From contig CAMXWF010000006.1 of assembly GCA_947252645.1 (NCBI GenBank), positions 64,697 to 128,696 of the forward strand: a stretch of DNA of 64,000 nucleotides. The letters are read 5' to 3'. The notes beneath the pieces are model-generated. The model had not been told where the DNA came from, made no database searches, and saw only the letters and a list, made by a program, of their open reading frames with translations. This document shows, in pieces, positions 18,457-28,714 of the stretch (the stretch's first letter is position 1; every line of letters begins with the position of its first letter). Origin of the DNA: an uncultured Bacteroidia bacterium (GTDB lineage Bacteria; Bacteroidota; Bacteroidia; Bacteroidales; CAJPTX01). The translations under genes and the position numbers were made by a program.

Positions 18457-19602
18457 CTACCGCGAGGCGCGCAGGCCCGCGCCACGCTGCCCCCGCGTGG
18501 CCTCGGTGTCCTTCACATTGCCTGTGAACGTATTGCTCGAGGCCAGGCTGTGCAGGAGACTGGAGTAGGCCTTTACGCCCACCCGGCAGTCGCGGATGGT
18601 ATTGTTCATGAAGCGGAACCTCCGCGCGTTCTCAAAGATAGCCCCCACCTCGGCCCCCGCGATGGTGCAGCCCGTAAAAAGCGACTCAGCAGTCACCCTC
18701 GCATTGAAACTAATGCCCGCCCAGCGCTGTTGACCAAAAAGTGCGGGGTGCTTGATGAAGCGCACCCCCTGGCAGTTCAACGTGCAAGGCTCAAAGCAGC
18801 CAAAGTCCAGGATACCAGGCATTTTGAAGTAGATGGTCGTTCCCGAAGCCACTTGGAAGGTAGGCGCATCGATACTTATCACCTGATCGATGCAGTAGGG
18901 GTAGGAGAGCTTGGGCAAACGTACAGCGGCTATTTTCTCAGCTGGAGGCAAGAGCAGTACGCTGGGCGCATCGGCCGAACTGGAAAGCCCCAGGCCCGCC
19001 AGGGACTCCACGCCCTGGATAGGGCACGCCAGGGGAGCTTCGCCGCCGCAGCTGACGTTTAGTCCCGACAGCATCCCCCCGTTGCCTAGCCGCTCCACCC
19101 AGAGTCCATTGGTATCGGATTCGATAGAGAGATTGTAGATAGCGAAGTTGAGCTTTTTCACCACCATGGCCGCCCTATGCTCCAACGTAGAGTACACATC
19201 CTCCAGCCGGAGATTGCTAATGCGCGATCCCGGGGCGGCCATGTCGATAAGTAGACCATTGCAGCTGGCCCCCATGCCCTCCCCCTGGATCACCACCGGG
19301 GCCTCGGCCGTGCCGTTGATTACTATCCTCACGGGCTTGATAGTTCCTATGGAAAGGTTGGTGCCGGGCGCGCACTTGATGGTCACCCCGGCATCGATAA
19401 TCAAGGAGGGCCCATCGATATTGGTTGTCCGCTCGACCTGGATCGTGCTCCCAGCCAACCAATGCACTGGCTCGGTGGTATCGGTAATGGCCTGCGGATT
19501 GTCAAGAGAATCCTTCACGCATGCGCTCACCGCAATACCCCACACCAGTGCCAGCACCACGAACCGCAACCTAGATAGAAAGTATACTCTCCTCATGTCC
19601 AC
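18457..19602 (-). CDS. Lipoprotein with parallel beta-helix-like repeats, function unknown
   Basis: The signal and lipobox are LALVWGIAVSACVKD. Gly/Asn/Ile-rich ~22-aa turns recur (IIDAGVTIKCAPGTNLSIG..., ISNLRLEDV..., IYNLSIESD...). The assignment is tentative. Confidence 0.5.
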   Translation of the reverse strand: MDMRRVYFLSRLRFVVLALVWGIAVSACVKDSLDNPQAITDTTEPVHWLAGSTIQVERTTNIDGPSLIIDAGVTIKCAPGTNLSIGTIKPVRIVINGTAEAPVVIQGEGMGASCNGLLIDMAAPGSRISNLRLEDVYSTLEHRAAMVVKKLNFAIYNLSIESDTNGLWVERLGNGGMLSGLNVSCGGEAPLACPIQGVESLAGLGLSSSADAPSVLLLPPAEKIAAVRLPKLSYPYCIDQVISIDAPTFQVASGTTIYFKMPGILDFGCFEPCTLNCQGVRFIKHPALFGQQRWAGISFNARVTAESLFTGCTIAGAEVGAIFENARRFRFMNNTIRDCRVGVKAYSSLLHSLASSNTFTGNVKDTEATRGQRGAGLRASR

Positions 19603-20132
19603 CTCCTACTACGCACCGCACCCCGCCGCGAAGCTAGGTAGAAAAGACCAATTGCGCCCCAGCATCCCGACCACGATTCCTGCACGCAGGCCCAGAAGTG
19701 CCCCCCAAATTTCCCATTCCACCCCATTTACCGCACCCTCGCCGTACCAACTCCGCTCATGGCCGCTCGAGAAGCGGAGTTGGTACGGAGAGAATAGATT
19801 GAAGCCCTAAGAGTTGTGGTGATAGATAGCAACAGCACCACCGCGCACCCCCCCGCTATTGACTAGCATCGAGCGAACGATTAACGGTGGTGCGCGGAAT
19901 AGCCTGCGCCGCGCAACTGCATGCTACTCAGGGCAGAAGCAAGATATAGGGGAAACACCAATGGTATCGTGATTTATTGATTATTTGGCAAATAAGCCAA
20001 TCGGGGCCTATTTTTTGGGATACGTATGGAGATGGAATAATGTTACAAGCCCCACCCTGAGAGGCCTCGTCCAGCAGAGGTCGCCCCGCCCGGCGCCCGC
20101 CCTGCGAAGGTAAATCTTAGCGTGGAATCTCG

Positions 20133-20140
20133 TATCTTTG
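20133..20140 (+). promoter_or_regulatory. Candidate -7 box (TATCTTTG) for the M20 peptidase gene
   Basis: The sequence cgTATCTTTGtcc matches TAnnTTTG and lies about 50 nt upstream of the ATG at 20192. Confidence 0.3.
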
Positions 20141-20191
20141 TCCATATCCCAAGCAGGCCCCGAGGCAGGGGCGCAAAGAAAAGAGAACTCT

Positions 20192-21565
20192 ATGGATGTA
20201 ATCAAGGATTATGTGGCCAAGCACCAAGCGCGCTTCCTCGAGGAGCTTTTTGGCCTATTGCGCATTCCCTCAATCAGCTCCGAGCCCGCGCACGCGGAGG
20301 ACATGGTACGCACCGCGGAATACTGGCGTGACGCGCTGCTGAAAGCCGGGGCCGATAGGGCCGAGGTGATGCCCACGGTAGGGCCCCCGGTAGTCTATGG
20401 GGAGAAGATCCTCGACGAGCAGCTGCCCACGGTTCTGGTCTACGGGCACTACGATGTCATGCCCGTGGACCCCATCGACGAGTGGCGCACCAAGCCCTTC
20501 GAGCCCGTGATCAAGGATGGCTGCATCTGGGGCCGCGGGGCCGATGACGACAAGGGGCAGAGCTTCATGCACGCCAAGGCCTTCGAGCTCATGGTGGCCA
20601 CCCATACGCTGCCCTGCAACGTCAAGTTCATGCTGGAGGGCCAGGAGGAGATTGGCTCGGGCGCGCTGTCGCTGTGGCTCGACGACCATAAGGAGCTGGT
20701 CAAGTCCGACGTGATCCTGGTGTCCGACACCTCGATGCTCGCCAGCGATATCCCCTCCATCACGGTTGGGCTGCGGGGCCTGTGCTACATGGAGGTAGAG
20801 GTGGAGGGCCCCAATGCCGACCTGCACTCGGGGGTCTATGGCGGGGCAGTGGCCAACCCAGCCAACGTGCTCTGCCAGATGATCGGCCAGCTCATCGACG
20901 CCAACGGCCACATCACCATCCCGGGCTTCTACGACGATGTGGAGGTCATTTCGCCCCAAGAGCGCAAGGCCATGAACGAAGCGCCCTTCTGCCAGCAAGA
21001 GTACATGGACGCCATCGGCGTGCCGGCCCTGCAGGGCGAGCACAGCTTCACCACCATTGAGCGCACGGGCATCCGCCCCACCTGCGATGTCAACGGCATC
21101 TGGGGCGGCTACACGGGCGAGGGCACCAAGACCATTATCCCGGCGCGCGCACACGCCAAAATCAGCATGCGACTCGTGCCGCACCAGGACTACCAGAAGA
21201 TCGCCGAGCTCTTCACGGAGTACTTTAAGCAAATGGCCCCTAAATCCGTCAAGGTGCACACTAAATTCCTCCACGGGGGCGTGCCCTACGTTGCGCCCAC
21301 CGACACCAAGGCCTACCAGGCAGCGCATAAAGCCGTGGAGCAAACCTTCGGCAAGGCCCCAATCCCCACCCGGAGCGGCGGCAGCATCCCCATCATCAGC
21401 ACGTTTGAGCAAAAACTCGGCGTGAAGTCTATCCTCATGGGCTTTGGCCTCGAATCCGATGCCATCCACTCGCCCAACGAGAACTACCCCGTGGCCCAGT
21501 TCCTCAAGGGCATCGCGACGATACCGCTCTTCTACCGGTATTTTGCTGAAGCCATGAAGCAGTAG
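20192..21565 (+). CDS. M20-family dipeptidase / metallohydrolase
   Basis: The start is set at MDVIKDYV. The motifs are LVYGHYDVMPVDP, GRGADDDKGQ, EGQEEIGS and HSPNE. Confidence 0.85.
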   Translation: MDVIKDYVAKHQARFLEELFGLLRIPSISSEPAHAEDMVRTAEYWRDALLKAGADRAEVMPTVGPPVVYGEKILDEQLPTVLVYGHYDVMPVDPIDEWRTKPFEPVIKDGCIWGRGADDDKGQSFMHAKAFELMVATHTLPCNVKFMLEGQEEIGSGALSLWLDDHKELVKSDVILVSDTSMLASDIPSITVGLRGLCYMEVEVEGPNADLHSGVYGGAVANPANVLCQMIGQLIDANGHITIPGFYDDVEVISPQERKAMNEAPFCQQEYMDAIGVPALQGEHSFTTIERTGIRPTCDVNGIWGGYTGEGTKTIIPARAHAKISMRLVPHQDYQKIAELFTEYFKQMAPKSVKVHTKFLHGGVPYVAPTDTKAYQAAHKAVEQTFGKAPIPTRSGGSIPIISTFEQKLGVKSILMGFGLESDAIHSPNENYPVAQFLKGIATIPLFYRYFAEAMKQ

Positions 21566-21589
21566 CCCCGCCGCGGCGCACGCTATCGA

Positions 21590-21645
21590 CCCCCAGCCCT
21601 GCTATATGCTACAGCGAGGCTGGGGGCTTTTTCTTACCCGTAGAA
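21590..21645 (+). terminator. Intrinsic terminator after the M20 gene
   Basis: The stem cccccagcc / ggctggggg is followed by CTTTTTCTT. Confidence 0.55.
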
Positions 21646-21817
21646 GTCGTCAAATTGTCGCGAATTGATGGCAATTATGCCAAATTGACAGTATCTGCAG
21701 ATGGCGCGTCTTGTGACTTTATTGGTTAATTATCAATGTATTATGGGTTAGTCGCTCCGTCCTTACGCCCCTAGAGAACGATATTTGCTCCCAGGGGAGG
21801 CACGAGGAAAAGAAACC

Positions 21818-24409
21818 ATGAAACTAGAACAGTTCACCATAAAGAGCCAGGAGGCCATTGGGGCAGCCTTTGAGATTGCCCGGGCCCACGGGCAGCAGGC
21901 GGTAGAGCCACTCCACCTGCTGCTCGGGCTCATCCGTAAAAGTGGCGACGTGTTCCAATATATTGCGCAGAAGGTGGGGGCCAATAGCCAGGGCATGCTC
22001 TCGGGCTGCGAGGCCCTACTAGAGCAACTGCCCCGGGTGCAGGGGGGCGAGCCCTACCTCTCGCAGGATAGCGAGCGTGTGCTACAGGCCGCCGTGTCGG
22101 CCTCAGAGAAGGCCAAGAACAGCTACGTGTCGGTAGAGTACATCCTGCTGGCCCTTCTCGACGCGCCGGCCCCGGTGGGGCAGCTGCTCAAGGATGCCGG
22201 CCTGAGCCGGCAGCAGGTGCTGGAGGCCATCGCGGCGCTGCGGCGCGATAAGCCCGTTGACACGCCCAGCGCCGAGGAGAGCTACAATGCCCTGGGCAAG
22301 TACGCCATCGACCTGAATGCCCAGGCACGCTCGGGCAAGCTCGACCCCGTAATAGGGCGCGACGAGGAGATACGGCGCGTACTCCAGATCCTGGCCCGGC
22401 GCACCAAGAACAATCCTATCCTCATCGGCGAGCCCGGGGTGGGCAAAACGGCCATAGCCGAGGGCATCGCCTACCGGATTGTCAACGGCGACGTGCCCGA
22501 CAACCTGCTCTCCAAGCGGGTGTATTCGCTCGACATGGGGGCCCTGATCGCCGGGGCCAAGTACAAGGGCGAGTTCGAGGAGCGGCTGAAGGCCGTGGTC
22601 AACGAAGTCATAGAGTCGGAGGGGGAGGTGATCCTCTTCATCGATGAGATCCACACCCTGGTGGGCGCAGGGGGCGGCGAGGGGGCCATGGACGCGGCCA
22701 ACATCCTTAAACCTGCGCTGGCCCGAGGGGAGCTGCGGGCCATCGGGGCCACCACCTACCAGGAGTACCAAAAGTACTTCGAGAAGGATAAGGCCTTGGC
22801 GCGGCGCTTCCAAACGGTACAGATCGATGAGCCTAGCGAGGAGGATGCCATCTCGATATTGCGTGGCCTGAAGGAGCGCTACGAGAATCACCACTCCGTG
22901 CGTATCAAGGACGAGGCCATCGTGGCCGCCGTCCAGCTTTCCCGCCGCTACATTTCCGACCGCTACCTGCCCGATAAGGCCATCGACCTGGTCGATGAGG
23001 CGGCCGCGAAGCTCCGCCTGGAGATGCACTCGCTGCCCTCAGAGCTCGATGAGGTGGAGCGCAAGGTGCGCCAGCTACAAATAGAGCGGGCAGCCCTGCA
23101 GCGCGAACACGACCAGGCGAAGGTAGACGCCATCGACGCGGAGCTAGCCACCCTCGGCGAGCAGCGCTCGGCCATGCGCAGCAAGTGGAGCGAGGAGAAG
23201 CGGCTAGTAGATTCCATCCAGCAGCGCAAGCACGAGATAGAGCAGCTCAAGCAGCAGGCGGTGGAGGCCGAGCGCAACGGCGACTACGGGACGGTGGCCG
23301 AAATCCGCTACGGCAAGGTGGCCGCAGCTGAAAAGGCCATTGCCCAAGCCCAGCAGGAGCTGCGCAGCACCCAGCATGGCCAGGCGATGATCAAGGAGGA
23401 GGTGGACGCAGAGGACATCGCGGAGATCGTGGCGCGCTGGACGGGGATTCCCGTCAGCCGGATGCTCCAAAGCGACAAGGAACGTCTGCTGCACCTGGAG
23501 GATGCCCTGCGGGCCCGCGTGGTGGGGCAAGACGAGGCCATCGGGGTAGTGGCCGACGCCGTGCGCCGGAGCCGCGCGGGGCTACAGGACACCAAGCGCC
23601 CCATTGGCTCCTTCCTCTTCCTAGGCAGCACGGGCGTGGGGAAAACCGAGCTTGCCAGGGCGCTGGCCGAGTTCCTCTTCGACGATGAGTCCATGATGAC
23701 GCGCATCGACATGAGCGAGTACCAGGAGCGCCATTCGGTCTCCCGGCTGGTCGGTGCGCCCCCAGGCTACGTGGGCTACGAGGAGGGCGGACAGCTCACC
23801 GAGGCCATCCGGCGTAAGCCCTACTCGGTCATCCTGCTCGACGAGATAGAGAAAGCACACCCCGATGTGTTCAACATCCTCCTACAGGTGCTCGACGACG
23901 GGCGACTCACCGATAACAAGGGACGCACGGTGGACTTCAAAAACACCATCGTCATCCTGACATCAAACCTTGGCTCTGAGCTCCTTACGGAAGCCATAGG
24001 AGAGCAGTCCACAGCGGCCACCAAAGCAAACTACGAGCGGGCCAAGGGGCAAGTGCTCGAGCTGCTCAAGCAGCGCATCCGGCCGGAATTCCTCAATCGG
24101 CTCGATGAGGTGGTGGTGTTCCATCCGCTGGGCCTGGAGCAGGTGCGGGCCATCGTACGGCTGCAGGAAAAGCGGCTGCAGGCGCTTCTGGCGGCCCAGT
24201 CGATAAGCCTAGAGCTCACCGACGCCGCGGTGGCGTGGATAGCCCAACAGGGCTATGAGCCAGCCTACGGGGCTCGGCCGGTCAAGCGATGCCTACAGCG
24301 CGAGGTAGTCAATAGGCTCTCCAAGGCCATCATTGGGGGGGAGGTTTCGGCCAAGAGCCACATCGTGGTGGACTACCAGGGCGGCCAGAGCCTAACCTTC
24401 AGCAACTAA
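21818..24409 (+). CDS. clpB: ATP-dependent chaperone/disaggregase ClpB
   Basis: The start is set at [14 protein letters not shown]. There are two AAA+ modules ([13 protein letters not shown] and [13 protein letters not shown]), a long coiled-coil middle domain, and GARPVKR near the end. Confidence 0.95.
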   Translation: MKLEQFTIKSQEAIGAAFEIARAHGQQAVEPLHLLLGLIRKSGDVFQYIAQKVGANSQGMLSGCEALLEQLPRVQGGEPYLSQDSERVLQAAVSASEKAKNSYVSVEYILLALLDAPAPVGQLLKDAGLSRQQVLEAIAALRRDKPVDTPSAEESYNALGKYAIDLNAQARSGKLDPVIGRDEEIRRVLQILARRTKNNPILIGEPGVGKTAIAEGIAYRIVNGDVPDNLLSKRVYSLDMGALIAGAKYKGEFEERLKAVVNEVIESEGEVILFIDEIHTLVGAGGGEGAMDAANILKPALARGELRAIGATTYQEYQKYFEKDKALARRFQTVQIDEPSEEDAISILRGLKERYENHHSVRIKDEAIVAAVQLSRRYISDRYLPDKAIDLVDEAAAKLRLEMHSLPSELDEVERKVRQLQIERAALQREHDQAKVDAIDAELATLGEQRSAMRSKWSEEKRLVDSIQQRKHEIEQLKQQAVEAERNGDYGTVAEIRYGKVAAAEKAIAQAQQELRSTQHGQAMIKEEVDAEDIAEIVARWTGIPVSRMLQSDKERLLHLEDALRARVVGQDEAIGVVADAVRRSRAGLQDTKRPIGSFLFLGSTGVGKTELARALAEFLFDDESMMTRIDMSEYQERHSVSRLVGAPPGYVGYEEGGQLTEAIRRKPYSVILLDEIEKAHPDVFNILLQVLDDGRLTDNKGRTVDFKNTIVILTSNLGSELLTEAIGEQSTAATKANYERAKGQVLELLKQRIRPEFLNRLDEVVVFHPLGLEQVRAIVRLQEKRLQALLAAQSISLELTDAAVAWIAQQGYEPAYGARPVKRCLQREVVNRLSKAIIGGEVSAKSHIVVDYQGGQSLTFSN

Positions 24410-24429
24410 ACCACCTGCCACACTATCTA

Positions 24430-24470
24430 AGCTGCATGCCGTGGCCTATCCCGGCGTGCAGCTTTTTTTT
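24430..24470 (+). terminator. Intrinsic terminator of clpB
   Basis: A 12-bp stem agctgcatgccg / cggcgtgcagct (one G-U pair) is followed by T8. Confidence 0.7.
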
Positions 24471-24734
24471 GTCTTAGGCCAGCACTGCAACCGACGCAAG
24501 CCCACGGCGGCCTGCAGCGCTACCCGGTAGCCAAAAGGCTACATGGGGGCGCCACTGCAAACGCTGCGTGCGGCCGTAGATCCTCAATCCTTTGTTTACG
24601 CTGGAGCGCATGCGCAAGCGCTGTCGGAGCAAAGGACCCTCTCGGGGCGCTACGGGAGCGGAGAAATTTCCCCCGCACTCGGGGGAAAACGCAGAGCGGA
24701 GGCCAGAGACGAGGCGCAAAAGCGCAGGATAGAA

Positions 24735-24766
24735 CAAAAAAAAGGAGATGATTCGCACCATCTCCT
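24735..24766 (-). terminator. Intrinsic terminator about 220 nt downstream of the RRM gene
   Basis: On the minus strand the hairpin aggagatggtgcgaatcatctcct is followed by T8. Confidence 0.6.
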
Positions 24767-24907
24767 TACACAAGTCACTAAGAAACGAACTGGGGCGGAA
24801 GAGTTCCGCCAACACTACGTTGTCTAGGAAAACCGAACAGTCCTACGCAAGATAGACTCAGGCGCAGACTTCACGCCACCGACCTGAAGGGAACACCAAA
24901 CCAAGCC

Positions 24908-24965
24908 TGATGGAAACAACAGCCTCTGCCCCTCCACGGAGGTCACCCTCGGCTGGGGCAGAGGC
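24908..24965 (-). terminator. Hairpin just downstream of the RRM gene (possible first terminator)
   Basis: An 11-bp stem gcctctgcccc / ggggcagaggc is followed on the minus strand by TGTTGTTTCC. Confidence 0.4.
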
Positions 24966-24985
24966 ATTAGACAAGACGGATTAGG

Positions 24986-25288
24986 CTAGTAGCCGCCGCC
25001 GAAACCGCCACGGTCGCTGTGATAGCCATCGTGGTGCGGCCTATCGGTACGAGGCTGCGCCTTGTTGACCACAATCTGGCGGCCACCAAAGTCGGTGCCG
25101 TTGAGCGCATCGATGGCAGCTTGCGCCTGCCCATCATCGGGCATCTCCACAAAGCCATAGCCCTTGCTGCGCCCGGTGTTGCGATCCTTAATAATCCGAG
25201 CGCTCGACACTTCACCGTACTCCTGGAACAGCTCGTTCAACTCGTCCTCCTGGGTCCTAAACGGAAGACTTCCCACAAATATGTTCAT
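24986..25288 (-). CDS. RRM-type (RNP-1) RNA-binding protein with a Gly/Arg-rich tail
   Basis: The start is set at MNIFVGSLPF (RNP-2), with KGYGFVEM (RNP-1). The tail reads HSDRGGFGGGY. Confidence 0.85.
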   Translation of the reverse strand: MNIFVGSLPFRTQEDELNELFQEYGEVSSARIIKDRNTGRSKGYGFVEMPDDGQAQAAIDALNGTDFGGRQIVVNKAQPRTDRPHHDGYHSDRGGFGGGY

Positions 25289-25317
25289 ACTTGGAACAAT
25301 TGAATATGAATTCGGGG

Positions 25318-25325
25318 CAAAGGTA
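25318..25325 (-). promoter_or_regulatory. Candidate -7 box (TACCTTTG) for the RRM gene
   Basis: The minus strand reads catTACCTTTGccccgaattc. The box lies about 30 nt upstream of the ATG at 25288. Confidence 0.4.
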
Positions 25326-25680
25326 ATGCCTTTTTCTTTTCCGCAAAGCCTGGCGACAAGGTTTGCCCCACGTCTTCGCAAGGTAAGAATCATAATCGAC
25401 TCATCACAAGGCATTTACGAATAAATCTTGAGGACAAATATTCCCCAGGCGAGATGTCGCATAGGGCGCGGAATCGGCGGTTGCACACCCCTATTGATCA
25501 TCCCCCGCTAAGCCGCCACAGCGGGCGAGTATGGGGGGAGGGGGCGCAATTTGAACACAATACAGATACTCATCGGCAGGCCACGAAAAGGCGCGAATGC
25601 GTACATTCGCCATGGAGAATCAGGCCCGATGGCTTTGCGTGCTAGCGCGTTGACGGTCGGGCGAGAAGAAAGATACGCAT

Positions 25681-27300
25681 ATGGGAAGAGAACTGATGTT
25701 AGGCGATGAGGCCGTAGCGCAGGGTGCCCTGGATGCTGGGATCAGTGGGGTCTATGCCTACCCGGGGACGCCATCGACCGAGATCATGGAGTACGTGCAG
25801 CAATCAACGTTGGCCGCCGCCCGCAACGTGCATAGGGTGTGGTCGGCCAACGAGAAAACGGCCATGGAGGCCGCGCTGGGCATGTCGTATGCTGGGAAGC
25901 GGGCCTTGGTGTGCTTCAAGCACGTGGGGCTGAACGTGGCCGCGGATGCTTTCGTCAATTCAGCCATCACCGGGGTGAACGGGGGCATCGTGGTGGTGGC
26001 CTGCGACGACCCCTCCATGCACTCCTCGCAGAATGAGCAGGACAGCCGTTTCTACGCCAAGTTTGCCATGGTGCCCGCCCTGGAGCCTAGCAACCAGCAG
26101 GAGGCCTACGAGATGGTGCAGGAGGCCTTTGACCTCTCGGAGCAGTTCAACATGCCCGTAGTGCTGCGCTTGACCACCCGACTGGCGCATTCGCGGGCCG
26201 GCGTGGAGCTGGCCGAAAGGGCAAAAGACCCCAAAGAGCTTCGCCTCCCGGGCGACCCCAAGCAATACGTGCTGCTGCCTGCCATTGCCAAAAGAAACTA
26301 CACGGTGCTCCTCGGGCACCAAGAGGGCATATTGGCGGCGGCTGAACAGGCTAGACACTCTGCGCTTACGCTTGGGGCCAAGGGGGGGCTCGGCATCATC
26401 ACCACGGGCATAGCCTACAACTACCTCATGGAGGCGCTCCACTTTGAGCTGGGCGACCGCTCGCTGCTTAAAATCACGCAATACCCCACCCCGCGCAAGC
26501 TGGTGCAGCAGCTCTACGCGCACTGCGGGCGTCTCCTGGTGCTGGAGGAGGGGATGCCCTTCGTGGAGGGCGAGCTGCGCGGGCTCTTGGCGCTGGAAAA
26601 GCCCGTGCACGGGCGCATGGATAACACGGTGCCCCGGATCGGAGAGCTATCCCCCGGCGCCGTGGCAAAGGCCCTGGGCCTCGAGCTACCCCAAGGGCAC
26701 AGCATCCCCGACTTCGTGGTGGGGCGTCCGCCCGCGCTCTGCATGGGCTGCGGCCATAGAGACGTCTACAATGCCCTCAACGCCGCCCTAGCCCCCTACG
26801 GGCCTGGCCATGTGTTTGGCGATATCGGCTGCTACACGCTGGGCGCGCTGCCACCTTTCAACGCCATCAATAGCTGCGTAGACATGGGGGCCTCTATCAC
26901 CATGGCCAAGGGTGCCTACGATGCTGGCCTACGGCCGGCGGTGGCCGTCATTGGCGACTCCACCTTCACCCACAGCGGCATGACCGGGCTGCTCGATGCC
27001 GTCATTGAGCATGCGGGCATCACGGTCATCATCTCCGACAACTCCACCACTGGCATGACTGGCGGGCAAACCTCCTCGGCCACGGGGCGACTGATCAACA
27101 TCTGCACTGGCCTAGGCGTGGAGCCTGAGCATATCCGCGTCATCGAGCCGCTCAGGAAAAACCACGAGGCCAACGTCAAGGTCATCGAGGAGGAGCTGGC
27201 CTACCAGGGCGTCTCAGTCATCATCCCTCAGCGCGAGTGCATCCAGACGTTCCAACGCCGCATGCGCAAACAGCGCGCCGAGAAGCAACACGAGGCCTAG
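25681..27300 (+). CDS. iorA: Indolepyruvate:ferredoxin oxidoreductase, alpha subunit
   Basis: The 539-aa product has the TPP-enzyme N-terminus GDEAVAQGALDAGISGVYAYPGTPSTEI and GDIGCYTLG...GDSTFTHSG. It is followed by the iorB-like gene. Confidence 0.8.
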   Translation: MGRELMLGDEAVAQGALDAGISGVYAYPGTPSTEIMEYVQQSTLAAARNVHRVWSANEKTAMEAALGMSYAGKRALVCFKHVGLNVAADAFVNSAITGVNGGIVVVACDDPSMHSSQNEQDSRFYAKFAMVPALEPSNQQEAYEMVQEAFDLSEQFNMPVVLRLTTRLAHSRAGVELAERAKDPKELRLPGDPKQYVLLPAIAKRNYTVLLGHQEGILAAAEQARHSALTLGAKGGLGIITTGIAYNYLMEALHFELGDRSLLKITQYPTPRKLVQQLYAHCGRLLVLEEGMPFVEGELRGLLALEKPVHGRMDNTVPRIGELSPGAVAKALGLELPQGHSIPDFVVGRPPALCMGCGHRDVYNALNAALAPYGPGHVFGDIGCYTLGALPPFNAINSCVDMGASITMAKGAYDAGLRPAVAVIGDSTFTHSGMTGLLDAVIEHAGITVIISDNSTTGMTGGQTSSATGRLINICTGLGVEPEHIRVIEPLRKNHEANVKVIEEELAYQGVSVIIPQRECIQTFQRRMRKQRAEKQHEA

Positions 27301-27326
27301 CGGCACTAGCCAACAAAGGGAACACT

Positions 27327-27941
27327 ATGCAAGTAAATAACCAAGCGGTCAAAACCGACATCATCCTGGCGGGCGTGGGCGGCCAGGGCATTCTATCGGT
27401 GGCCACCATCATCGGCCACGCTGCCCTCGAAAACAAGCTCTACCTCAAGCAGGCTGAAACGCATGGCATGAGCCAGCGGGGCGGCGACGTGCAGTCGCAC
27501 CTGCGCATATCGAAGCAGACCATAGCCTCCGACCTCGTGCCGATAGGGAGTGCCGACCTCGTGCTATCCAGCGAGCCCATGGAGGCCCTACGCTACCTGC
27601 CGTTCCTAGCCCCCAACGGCTACATCATCACCAGCTGCAATCCCTTCGTCAACGTGCCTAACTACCCAGACCAGAACAAGGTGATCGACTACCTGCGGGG
27701 CCTGCCGCGCACCATCCTGCTCGACGCCGAGCAGCTCGCAAAGGATGCAGGCAACGCTCGGGCGGCCAACGTGGTCATGCTGGGGGCCGCCGCGCCGCTG
27801 CTCATTCTCCCCTTCGAAAGCTTGGAAAATGGCATCAGGGCCATCTTCCAGGCAAAGGGGCACGATGTGGTTGAAATGAACCTCAAAGCCCTAAAAGCAG
27901 GCCATGAGGCCGTAAAAAAACAACTCGCTCAATGCGCCTAA
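27327..27941 (+). CDS. iorB: Indolepyruvate:ferredoxin oxidoreductase, beta subunit
   Basis: The start is set at MQVNNQAVKTDIILAGVGGQGILS. It continues ETHGMSQRGG. Confidence 0.8.
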   Translation: MQVNNQAVKTDIILAGVGGQGILSVATIIGHAALENKLYLKQAETHGMSQRGGDVQSHLRISKQTIASDLVPIGSADLVLSSEPMEALRYLPFLAPNGYIITSCNPFVNVPNYPDQNKVIDYLRGLPRTILLDAEQLAKDAGNARAANVVMLGAAAPLLILPFESLENGIRAIFQAKGHDVVEMNLKALKAGHEAVKKQLAQCA

Positions 27942-28714
27942 CCCTCACGGGCACTGGCCACTCGCAGGGCATCCCCACCATCGGATGCCCCTGCGCGGTG
28001 TGCCACTCATCTGACCCGCACGACCACCGACTGCGCACGGCCGCCCTACTCCAGGCCCAGGGGCTCAACATTGCCCTGGACATAGGCCCCGACTTCCGCC
28101 AGCAGATGCTCACCTGCGGCTGCACGCACCTCGATGCCCTGCTCATCTCCCATGAGCATAGCGACCACGTGGCCGGGCTAGACGACATCCGACCCTTCAA
28201 CTGGGAAAGCCCTACCCGCTCCACCCCTCTCTACGCAGGCCCCAGGACTCTCGAGGCCATCAAGGCCCGCTTCGGCTACGTCTTTCTGCCCCCAGAGCTG
28301 CACTACCCCGGGGCGCCAGAAGTAACCACCCACCCCATCGAGGAGCCCTTAGCTCCATTTACCATCGGTAAGCTCACCATTACCCCCTTCCGCGTACTCC
28401 ACGGGCAACTGCCCATCCTGGGCTACCGCATAGGCTCCCTAGCCTACATCACCGACTGCAAGTCGCTTCCTCCTGCGAGCGTGGCGCAGCTACAGGGCCT
28501 AGACACCTTGGTCATCAACGCGCTGCGTCGAGCCCCACACCCTGCCCACATGAACCTCCAAGAAGCCCTAGCCCTAGCTCAGCAGCTCAAGGCCCGCCGG
28601 ACGGTACTCTCGCACATCAGCCACGAGATGGGATTGTACGCTGACCTCTGCCGCGAAGTCCCAGAAAACGTCGTGGTGGGCTACGATGGGTTGACCCTGG
28701 ACATCCCTGACTAG
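27932..28714 (+). CDS. MBL-fold metallohydrolase (PhnP-like)
   Basis: The motifs are LTGTGHSQGIP, CPCAVC and LLISHEHSDHVAGLDD. The gene overlaps iorB by 10 nt. Confidence 0.7.
   Translation: MRLTLTGTGHSQGIPTIGCPCAVCHSSDPHDHRLRTAALLQAQGLNIALDIGPDFRQQMLTCGCTHLDALLISHEHSDHVAGLDDIRPFNWESPTRSTPLYAGPRTLEAIKARFGYVFLPPELHYPGAPEVTTHPIEEPLAPFTIGKLTITPFRVLHGQLPILGYRIGSLAYITDCKSLPPASVAQLQGLDTLVINALRRAPHPAHMNLQEALALAQQLKARRTVLSHISHEMGLYADLCREVPENVVVGYDGLTLDIPD

Noticed and set aside
19985-20000. The palindrome TTGGC-N6-GCCAA upstream of the M20 peptidase gene, considered as a regulator site
   Set aside because: It is a single short occurrence ~190 nt upstream of the start, with no second copy in the window. 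That is insufficient to call.
20270-21469. Long antisense ORFs opposite well-supported genes: 399 aa here, and also 658-1314, 10081-11187, 22103-23029, 25960-26610, 53623-54837, 56861-58354 and 59728-60855
   Set aside because: Their composition is Arg/Gly/Ala/His/Pro-rich and low in complexity. I see no recognisable motifs. Each exactly mirrors a gene with strong family signatures. These are the expected shadow ORFs of GC-rich DNA.
21646-21817. A CIRCE/HrcA operator or other heat-shock element upstream of clpB
   Set aside because: No TTAGCACTC-N9-GAGTGCTAA-like inverted repeat is present. The only feature is a loose caaattg/caaattgac similarity, and the best -7-like match (GATATTTG) is imperfect.
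24770-24930. An SRP (4.5S) RNA on the minus strand
   Set aside because: The segment gctgttgtttccatcagg...caggtcgg superficially resembles SRP RNA. However, I could not build helix 8 with a GNRA tetraloop flanked by the conserved AGCA/GGAA-type internal loops.
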